Origin: Ylistrum balloti
Lineage: Eukaryota
DNA: 64,000 nucleotides
Reading direction: 5' to 3'
NCBI RefSeq assembly: GCF_031769215.1
Contig: NW_026782141.1
Coordinates: forward strand, 186,001 to 250,000
The notes under the pieces: generated by a model
The model's input: only the letters and a program-made list of their open reading frames with translations
Told to the model about the DNA's origin: nothing
Database searches by the model: none
Made by a program: the position numbers and the translations under genes
In this document: positions 42,101 through 52,331 of the stretch, one piece after another
How positions within the stretch are numbered: position 1 is the stretch's first letter
Layout of the letters: the number at the start of each line of letters is the position of its first letter

Positions 42101-45100
42101 TTCAGAGAAATCAGTTCATATATGTGTATCAATATAGAACTTCCTAACAGAATATGGCTATTATCAATAATTACCATTTGATGAGGTTGTAGAGGAGAGA
42201 GATGGCTAATCTGTGTATAGATGGTATAAATCCAGCTAATAAAAGTCGCTCTGTAGAAGGTCTAGCTACCTGAAAGGAGAAACGTTACACTGTTTATTAT
42301 CACAAGAAAAGCTGACTTCTGGTAGAAAATCCAAACGGTCATTACTCTCCAAAAATTGTAAAATAAAAATACTATTCAGTGAAAACAAAATAAGCATCTG
42401 GACAGGACTACGTGGGGACAAACCTTCATTAGACCTAAATACTCACCTGCATTTTACAGTTAACAGACAGGATCCTACAGACGAGGTTCAGAACTATGTG
42501 GGGACAAATCTTCATTAGACCTAAATACTCACCTGCATTTTACAGTTAACAGACAGGATCCTACAGACGAGGTTCAGAACTATGTGGGGACAAATCTTCA
42601 TTAGACCTAAATACTCACCTGCATTTTACAGTTAACAGACAGGATCCTACAGACGAGGTTCAGAACTATGTGGGGACAAAACCTTCATTAGACCTAAATA
42701 CTCATCTGCATTTTACAGTTAACAGACAGGATCCTACAGACGAGTTTCAGAACTATGTGGGGACAAATCTTCATTAGACCTAAATACTCATCTGCATTTT
42801 ACAGTTAACAGACAGGATCCTACAGACGAGGTTCAGAACTATGTGGGGACAAAACCTTCATTAGACCTAAATACTCATCTGCATTTTACAGTTAACAGAC
42901 AGGATCCTACAGACGAGGTTCAGAACTATGTGGGGACAAATCTTCATTAGACCTAAATACTCATCTGCATTTTACAGTTAACAGACAGGATCCTACAGAC
43001 GAGGTTCAGAACTACATGGGACAAAACCTTCATTAGACCTAAATACTCATCTGCATTTTACAGTTAACAGACAGGATCCTACAGACGAGGTTCAGAACTA
43101 TGTGGGGACAAACCTTCATTAGACCTAAATACTCACCTGCATTTTACAGTTAACAGACAGGATCCTACAGACAAGGTTCAGAACTATGTGGGACAAAACC
43201 TTCACTAGACCGAAATACTCACCTGCATTTTACAGTTAACAGACAGGATCCTACAGACGAGGTTCAGAACTATGTGGGAACAAAACCTTCATTAGACCGA
43301 AATACTCACCTGCATTTTACAGTTAACAGACAGAATCCTACAAACAAGGTTCAGGACTGTGTGGGACGTAACATTCAGCAGTGCCAAATACTAACCAGCA
43401 TTTTACAGTTAACAGACAGGATCCTACAGACAAGGTTCAGGACTGTGTGGGACATAACCTTCAGCAGTGCTAAATACTCACCAGCATTTTACAGTTAACA
43501 GACAGGATCCTACAGACAAGGTTCAGGACTGCCTGGGCGGGAATTTTCACAAGAGCTTGGAAACTCTCACTGTAAACAATAATATTTACATAGCAAGGAC
43601 TCCACATAAACCAAACAGAAGTAATTGTAAACTGAAGAAAAGTAAATAATATCCATCACATTTCCATTATGACAAATATAGCAACAGTATTGTCAAAATT
43701 ATTGTAAGTTGTGTCTACATGAACAGGCTGCTGATAATTAATGAAATGTGCAATATTTTAGTTGTAAGATATGAATAAGACGAAATGTGTAGGAAACAAA
43801 AATACATATATAACTGCTTTGCTGTCAATTTTTGTTGATGAATAACACAATTGTATAAGGATTCAACATAACGCTTGCCTGCAAAGCTGGATCATTAATT
43901 TGGCAATGAATGGTTGAGTGTCACTCACAAACAGAATAGAATAACAGATTAGTAAACACATCATGTAGTAAATTTTTAAAATATTTTATATTACAGATCA
44001 AAATATCCGAGTTCAAATCCAAAAATTAACAGAGTTTTGTCGAAACTAACTGAAATGAATACCATTCCATGTATTATCTCCATAACAAATACTACTGGTG
44101 TTAGAAAATTAGGCCTTTAAGTTAAACAAAAGTCATAAGAACTTAATAAAAAAGAATCAACCCAGGTGAACTTTAACACAGGTAAAGCAAAGTTATTTTG
44201 GCAAACAATCTTGTGATTTATTCCAGAAAGCTACCAAATGAATTTTCTGACCTTGCCATGTCAAGACAGAAACACAGCATTATGGAAACAATTGTACATC
44301 TCATCTGTCCTGTTTTGCTAGTTTGAAAATAGTCAAATTGATATCACATGTATTTCTCCTCAAAAAAAATCTTCAAATTTCCAGGTACACGTTAAATAAT
44401 AACTGCATAACAGTACCAAAAATATGCCCACAGAAAAATAACACCACATTCTCACTTCTGTTGCAGGTGAGACAAAGATGTTATGCTCACAAAAATGAGA
44501 AACATATTTTTAAAAAAAAAATTACTTCTTTATATAAAATGTCAAAATCTAAAGAAATACCTGAGTAAGGCCTGCAGGCAGCCAGAGTAGGCGTGGCACC
44601 TGGACATAAGGGCATGGTACCTTTGAGGGTATGATGTGGGCAAATCCTCCAGGGGTATGACCCTTGTTCCATCCTCCCCAGTGACAGGTGACATGACTGT
44701 AGGATAAAGAGTACCAAAATGAAGTATTTGGACAATGTTCTTAAAAATCAAGGCCATGATGACAAATGTCATTAATAGCACAGATCACAAGTCAATCAAG
44801 TTAAATGTCACTGATGGCAGAGGTCAAAGGTCACTGGTCATTACATGTTACACATCAGGTTTCCTAAGCATTTTTTTTTTGGAAGTTATTTATTTTGTTA
44901 GAAATGCATGAAATTGGGACTGGATGACTCTAGTACAATAAGTGATTTCCTTCAGTTCAACCTAATTCATTAGAACTTGAACTTGCATGCTGGAAGCATG
45001 AAAAAGATTGTTTGTTTTATTAGCACACTGTATAGCTAATAATATTCATGTGCAATATTTGTTTCATAAAATTTAGCACAAAATCAAATACAAACATTTT

Positions 45101-48100
45101 TACAACGAATCAAAATTGTTTCACATGCCTGTATACATTGATACAAATTGACAGATATGTGCAAAAATTAATTGTCTTGAACTAGCTCACACTGGGATAA
45201 CCATGAAATATCATGTTTTGATGGAGCAGCTTGATTACAGTAATAGTTGATGATAAAACATGTCCTGTGTGATATATACAAGGTGAAAAAGTTTAAGGGT
45301 AGCTTTAATTGAATGCATTTCTCAAAATATGATAATATTCTATATTTAATACTGCATAATTGAAACTGAGAATTTATACTGGATGTACCAAATAATGCTT
45401 TATTTTACAAAATGTTTTTGATTTCTGTTGGTGCACTCAGGTATTGCTATGCGTAGTTTTTCTGATGGTTTCGTTACTGTATTCATTGTGCAATAAACCC
45501 TAATGACAAGTGTGAAATACCATACTTATAGAAGATATTTGTGTTCACAGATTGGTGGCAATCCTACTGAAACTGCAATAGATTTGGATGGGCTTAACAC
45601 CAGACATGGGCTTATTGTAGATATGGTTACTGTAACACATACCACAATTTGTGCAGTTACTAAAGATTTAGAATATTATGTTAGTATTAATATCTCTAGT
45701 CATACCTGTGTCAAGCCCTTCATACAAGTGGTCAAACAATCTGTGTAAACTGTTGACCACTCGGTTAAACTGTACACTCCAGCCCTCTGTGTGCTTCAGG
45801 CCCATGTTTCCTCCACCTCCACACCGACTCAGCAGAGCGAAGCACCGCATCACTTCCTATTGATAACAGGTACATAATGTCATCATTTAATTAACACTTG
45901 GTGTGTACTACTAGATACCCACAGTAGACCACTCAGTTTACTTTGAACTTTTCTATTGAATGAAGTTTATATGAATAGAAATTATGTATAAGTAAGTGTA
46001 AACATCTTGTTCTTTTCTCTGAGACATAAAACTTGACAACACTTTCGTAATAAAAACATCTGGTTTGCCTAGGTGTGTATAAAAAGGAGTTTAAAAGAGT
46101 AACATGAAATGAAAACTGAAAAAATGTGATATTTCTGTTGACTGTGTATACAACTACAGAAAAAAAACTGCTTACCTTTGATACAACATCACAAGAGAGT
46201 TCCTTCACCACATATGAATCAATCTTGCCCTAGAAAAGCAATCATGATATATAATATCAAAAGGATTTCATTTCAAGAATTTTCATTTCTATAATTATTT
46301 ACTCAATATTATTTATACATAAAGATGATTAATGCATGGATCCTTATAATGACAATTTCCAAACAGAAGCTTAGACCTTCCCAGTGTGATAGGCCTTAAC
46401 ACATTGGTCACTGTAAATCACTTAAATTTAGGGAATACTTCATTTCATAAGCTTACCACTTCAGGCATATTCAGTCATATTTAGTACACAGACCTAGCTA
46501 GTTTATCTTGAACATAGCACAAGAACAGATAATACACTCTGACTGTAGCACAGGAACCTGGGTAATTTACTTAAGAAGTAGTGCTGGAACCTAAGTTAAA
46601 TACCTTGAATGCAGCACAGGGACCAGGATAGTTTGATATACAGCTGTTGATACAGAGGCATGCTTCATTTCTCCACTGTAATACAGAAAAGGTTTTCATA
46701 AATAGATATATCTAGTCAACAGATATGAAAATCTTTTCCCAAGCACACAGATATGACTTACATAGTAGATCAATAAGGTTTCTTGTGCGTGACAACTCAT
46801 ATGGTATGAAATATTGCACTTGATGACCTTCAGAACCAGAAGTGAAAGTTATTATAATATGCTGATCATATAGATAAAAAACAAGCATGTTGGCGATACA
46901 GACACAAACCCTTGTATATCATGACACTAGAACTGATGCTGTTATGTAATAATTATTTGTGTTATTTGAGACCTACATTTATCCTATTGCTATGAGCAGT
47001 TTCAGAAGACCTGCTTTGACTGGTGGTGGTATTGTTACGTCATTGATGTTCATTTGTTTATAGATAATTGGAAATTTTCACTGGAAATCCCAACCCTTGT
47101 GATTAGATTCTTGAAAGTCAAGCTTTTGGCAGAGCCTCGGGTTTAACATTCAAGACTGAAGACTTCTAAAATCTTTTACTTTTTGTTTACTATCACAGTT
47201 GATTAACTTGATAATTCAATATCAAAAATAAATCCAAGGAAAAGACAATATTGCTCATAATAAATTACTTTAAAAAGCAAAAGGATATGTGATTCATTAA
47301 CATCAGAAATCTGAAGTAGTTAAAATATTTAATATCTTTACTTAATAGTCACTTCTTATCTTGTACACAAAATGTTTCTCCCATTCTTAATATTTAATTC
47401 AGCTGAAACCAGTTCTGAATTCAGGTATCATACAACTTATTACCTCTGTTGGAGCCGAGAGCAGGGCAGAGATGATCTGTGGCACAAGGGAGGTAACCTC
47501 CCGACTCAAGGATGTGAAGTCACTGACAATGCCCAGAATTCTGCTACAAACGTAACATGCCAGACGCTGTGTGCTTGGAGGATCATGTGACTACAAAGTA
47601 AAACCTCAAGATTAGTGTTAAACAATAATCACTTTCATTTTTTTACAATCGTGATCAGATGGGAGTTTTTTTTTTTTTTTGCTTTACATTTCAAGAGATC
47701 AAGGGAATGACTCAGATATTTGTTTTAATCTCTACGAAAACATTCTTTTCTGTATTACCTTATATGGCAAAGTTTCCATATGCATATACAAGTACACGTA
47801 CCTAGAAAATTATGAAAATTATACATTGCACTAAATAAAAAGCAAATTCTGCAGCTGACAGACTTTTCTGTAAAACTTCCAAATTCACTAGGTACATGAA
47901 AATTCTGCCAACACACAACATAACATTTTAGGGTAGTGGCACTCACCTGGAAAATCTGAATCATGAAACGAATCCATGTGAGTGTATTGTGTGTGAATAC
48001 CTCTGTTACACATTGTTCAAGTACTTTGTCGAGGAACACCAAACCTTCTACCCTAAAAGTGAAACAAGTAGAAATTACAAAATAAGGAAAATTTGGCATT

Positions 48101-51100
48101 TATGCAATATTCTGAGTAAACAGATAATGAGGAATGAAAGAAATGCATTTTTCAAAAAAAAATATCTATAAACTTTAACTATTCACTGAATTTTGTATAG
48201 AGATGACATCAATGAGAACACCAGTACATACATTATGCCAAGTGATTAGCAACATTTTGGTGACTCCTTTCACATCTCTTATCACTGCTTTGGGATAGGG
48301 CAATTTTGACTCATTTTGAGAAGTGAAATGGGAAGGAAGATTTCAAGTGTACATTGTAAAGAACAAGTTTTTGGAAATTTAACTTTAATAAGAAGTAATT
48401 CTGATTTGTAATGGGGCCCTTTAATGACCACAAAAGCCCTGATCAGCTGTGGCAGAAAACTGTGAACAAGTCTTTATGTATGGCTGACATTGAAAGCCTG
48501 TGAAAAGGTATCATATATGATAGAGATCGTACACTGGTATTAATTCCAGAATGTTGATGATGGTTTCCATGGCAATAGTACAGGAAAAATCATGTAGATT
48601 TTGTATATAATTAACTCAGATATATTTTTATCATCAAGATTATTGCTATACCCTCTTTTTCATATACTTACCTTTGCTTTGCTGAGTTCAGACAGGTGTT
48701 GATATGACCAATAATTTCATGCAATTTTCCTGGCTTCTGTTAGGAAAAAAAAAGCAAATGTTATCGTAATATATTTCACGATTTAACTAGGATCACCAGT
48801 GTAATGGCAATGACTCGTTCATGGACAATTTTTCATCATGTCTAAAGACTTTGAATTTTGATCAATATGATTGAGAGACTGGGCTAGGGAGTGCAAACCA
48901 GAAAACTCCAGACTGAATCGGGAAAGTTGGCAGGTATGCATGTGGCCCGAATCTGCATCAAAGGTATGCATATCTGTAGACGACACAATGAGTAAATGAC
49001 GTCATATTGAATGTGTGTGTGTACGTGAAAATTATGCAACGATGAATTCCAAAAAATCACCTGAATTTAGACAAATATGCCAAAAGCATTAATTTCACTG
49101 CCTTACATGATTCGTCATCCATTTTTTCGACCTGCATGAAAAAAGTGTGACCGGACCTCACCTGGATGTTTGCCCTATACATTCAGATTTGACTACATAG
49201 CCAAATCTACATATATACCATATTTATTCCAATAAACGCCCCGTCTCTAATAAACGCCCCACATCTGTTTTCTCAGTAAATTTCAACAACTCAGGAGTCA
49301 GGTTACAAAGCTTACTTTTTAATAAATTTCAAATTCCTGGTATCCATGAACATGAACAAATGAATTTTGGCACAGGAAGATTACACTGTCATGACATGTA
49401 CACAAGTAATATCAATTTAATCCACGGTTCATTTCAATATACTGCAGGCCTAACGGCCGGGACTGCCGTACAAACTACTGTCTTCACTTTCACCAGTCTC
49501 GCTTTCACTCAGTTCTATTTGTGGAATAGAAGGCGCGTTCACATCACCCATTAAATTTTGCAAAACGTCATCTGCAGCTTGGACATCCTTTTCACTAAAC
49601 CCCTGAAATTCCTCATCGTCAGAATCATGCTGGAAAATATGATCCACGCTACCGTCCAGCGACTTTGTGATACCGCATTTTTTTAATGATCTTCTGATTG
49701 TGTATGGGCTAATGCTATCCCATGCTGTCTTGACCCAAGACAACATTACAGCTTTAGATGGGGCTTTACGATTCCCTGCTTTGGTTTTCTCAATGGGGCC
49801 ACTGAAACACCATTTGTCATAGAACTCTCAAAGTTTTTGTTTGAAGGGTTTATTCCACGACACATCGGCTGGCTGTAGCTTACATGTGCGTCCTCCGGGT
49901 ATAACACAGATGTCTAAATGATATTTCTGATGAACCAGTTTTTTTACATCTTCAGTAAGATGACCACGGAAAGCGTCCCATACTAATAACCGCCTAGCTG
50001 TATTATTCACACCCCAGAGTTTTTTTAACCAAAATTTTATACTTTCTTCGTTTGCCCAGGATTTTTGTCCGGCCCCGTACATGTATACCACAATACCTCT
50101 TAGTATATCATCTTTCGGATGGGGACAAATGCCTGGCATGTGCACAAGGAGGGGGGCGATTTTAGTCCCATTGGCATATGCTGCCAGTGTCACCGATATT
50201 TTTTGTTTTTCGTGGCCAGTACTGTAAACTCTGACCTCCTTTTCCCCTTTATTGCCAATGTCGATTTTCCTGGCATGTCAAACCACACCGCGGTTTCGTC
50301 CATGTTAGCGATATGGCTATTGGGGTATTCTCGTAGCCGACGCATTCTTAACACGAAATTCAAAAAACTGTCAATACAATCATCAATTAATGAAACTTCA
50401 TGTTGTGCCACATGCATAGATCGCTTGAACGAAATGTTATGTCTCTTTTTGAATTTAGAAAACCATCCATATGAGGCTTTGAACGATTGACTACCATTTG
50501 CCTTATGCATACGCAGGGCCTAAAATCGCAATGCTTTCCCACTCACTCGTATTCTGGCCTCCCGTCTGTCCTGTAGCCATCTCATCAGATTTTTGTCAAT
50601 ATCTTCATATCTGACATGCCTCTCACCTCATTTACAGCGTTTAGATGTTTTAGAAAGATTTTTTAATTTTTCTTTGTTTTGACACCAGTCCTGCACTTGT
50701 TTTCTGTCAACACGAAACACTTTCGCGGCGAAGGCGATTACTTTAAGCTTGAAAGCAGTGTCGTAATTTCGTTTTGTCCCAGACATTGTTATCAGGTATG
50801 TGGGATTTATTAAGAAACAGACTGACTTATATACCACTGTGTTTTTTTATTTTGTTATGCAAACTAGGCCTACAAGCAATGATGAACATTGTACGTTTTT
50901 GACTGAAGCTGACACGATTGTTATCGTGTCATTTCATACAAGAATTCAGGTTATCAGAATGCAATTGACAACAATGTTTAAAGCTACAACGATGTTGGAA
51001 TTACTGCAATTTTCAAATGCATTCTTTGCTGAGTAATTCGTTAGTTTGTTAAACAACGTTTTTAAGTGGCAGCCATGGCATGTCACGACCAACAAATTAT

Positions 51101-51527
51101 GAAATTTTGTGTTCTATTAATCGCCCCGTCTGAAAAATTTCACACCCCCGGGGCGTTTATGCCGGTGCTTCAATACCTGGCCAGTATTATCCAAATATCA
51201 AAAGTTTAACCCTCCAGACTCTGGAATTGCATGCACTATTATAATATACACGAATAATTGGGACATTCCAACTTTCTATCTTCTGAATTTCCTTAACTTT
51301 ATCAATATTATATTATTAGTAACTCACAGATCAGAGACAGACGTCTAACTAATGTAAATCACGGACAAAATTATTATGATGTAAATGTTACAACATACCT
51401 GCAATGTAAAAAGTTTGCTGTCTTCTGCAATATCAACAAGCTGTCTGATGCCCGACCTGGAACCCGAACTGTCGCAAAATGATGGAACGAATGAGAAAAA
51501 CACGTTTTCAATCATGGATTCCGCCAT
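36199..51527 (-). CDS. PELP1: PELP1 / Rix1 (rixosome, 60S biogenesis), 861 aa, 17 coding exons
   Basis: Exons 51399-51527, 48672-48736, 47947-48052, 47444-47590, 46604-46675, 46176-46229, 45706-45856, 44561-44696, 43482-43569, 42175-42269, 41488-41595, 40732-40870, 39729-39888, 39265-39320, 38138-38344, 36727-37518 and 36199-36279 are all GT-AG and phase-compatible (2586 nt). Motifs RVEGLVFL, GLKHTEGW..LHRLFDHLYEG, GQARPY, EALIHPRAP, an acidic tail and LMLSSFV match PELP1. Confidence 0.95.
38587..39160 (-). repeat. 33-bp tandem array (17 units) of PELP1 exon-14 end + 5' splice site, in intron 14
   Basis: Exon end TCAAATGTCACAGAAAATATTACAG|GTAAGATC vs unit TTAGATATTACACAAAATACCACAG|GTAAGTTC. 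Confidence 0.95.
41131..41520 (-). repeat. 42-bp tandem array of PELP1 exon-11 end + 5' splice site, in intron 11
   Basis: Exon end AAACTACGGGCAGGCGCGCCCCTACAG|GTAACAC vs unit TAACTACTGATAGACCCCACCCTACAG|GTAACAC; 7 extra CAG|GTAACA sites. Confidence 0.93.
42412..43540 (-). repeat. 86-87-bp tandem array (12 extra units) of PELP1 exon-9 3' half + 5' splice site, in intron 9
   Basis: Each unit carries CTGAACCTYGTCTGTAGGATCCTGTCTGTTAACTGTAAAATGCWG (exon 9, LNLVCRILSVNCKML) followed by RTGAGTATTT and intron sequence. Confidence 0.97.
46490..46634 (-). repeat. Degenerate ~33-bp array of PELP1 exon-5 end + donor, in intron 5
   Basis: Exon end CCTGGTCCCTGTGCTGCATTCAAG|GTATTT echoed by GGTTCCAGCACTACTTCTTAA|GTAAAT, CCAGGTTCCTGTGCTACAGTCAGA|GTGTAT and CTGTTCTTGTGCTATGTTCAAG|ATAAAC. 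Confidence 0.65.
49216..51160 (-). mobile_element. pogo/Tigger-family (Tc1/mariner superfamily) DNA transposon, defective, in PELP1 intron 1
   Basis: Left end TACCATATTTATTCCAATAAACGCCCC; right end truncated at GGGGCGTTTAT. Transposase from ATG 50786: MSGTKRNYDTAFKLKVI (Brinker-like HTH), FKASYGWFSKFKKRH (CENP-B HTH), IANMDET, LLVWDAFRGH, IPGG.T.KLQPADVSWNKPFK (DDE_1). Contains stops and frameshifts. Confidence 0.93.
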
Positions 51528-52060
51528 TGTTGCAGTTACGCAGTAAATGTCAAATGAAGGGGTTTTAAATATTTCTAAATGACACTAAATTTATAAGAAT
51601 AACCAAAGTCGACACACAGGTTATTTTCAATACATTTTGATGGTTTCGCTACCTTTTTTGGTATTATCAAAGTTATTTTGTGTTAATAAAAACTACAATA
51701 TTCACTCCGTCATAGCAATATGTCGGCATCCATGTGTGGTGTTGTTGTTCAACAAACAGCGTAAATGTGTAGCTTCCAGCATATCGAGCCAACGTTCATT
51801 GGTGACAGTTTCCGATATAAGGTCGTCAGCTGAGATGTTTACACAGTGTATATATAATATCACCTCAATTGCAGTCTGGCAGAAAAAAAAGAACAAAGGT
51901 ACTTTCATGCTCACCACGGACTAAATACTCGCAATGGATTAACTCAGTAGTCAAAGGAGAACAAAATAAGATGAGCTTTAAAGTTAGAAAGAAAATAATG
52001 AATACTATTCTTATGCAAATACAGTGTCACATTGACTCTATACGCCACGTGATTTGAGGT
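51528..52060. promoter_or_regulatory. Probable bidirectional promoter PELP1/WRAP53
   Basis: The start codons diverge 805 bp apart (51527 / 52332). A plus-strand donor GAG|GTAAAA at ~52058 and an acceptor at 52326 indicate non-coding WRAP53 exon(s) in between. Confidence 0.6.
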
Positions 52061-52331
52061 AAAAGTTTTGGTTTAAATCTACTTTAAATTCAAAATAAAA
52101 TTGTATGTCAGTTTGCTTATGTCCTTAATTATTTCTCCATTTGATTTTCAGTTATCGAGCTTCTGGATTAAAGAATAATTTTGTCATACACAGAAGATGA
52201 GAAGTGATGTTAAAAGTTTTTGTTTTAATGATAAAAAATATGATAATTAAAACGAAATAAAAAAGTATAATTGATACATGAAAACTTCATGGAATTGAGG
52301 ATCTAGACATTTCATTTCTACAACAGATAAA

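Noticed and set aside
42412-43540. CRISPR-like or integron-like array
   Set aside because: Units are head-to-tail with no unique spacers, derive from a host exon, and there are no cas genes; eukaryotic context.
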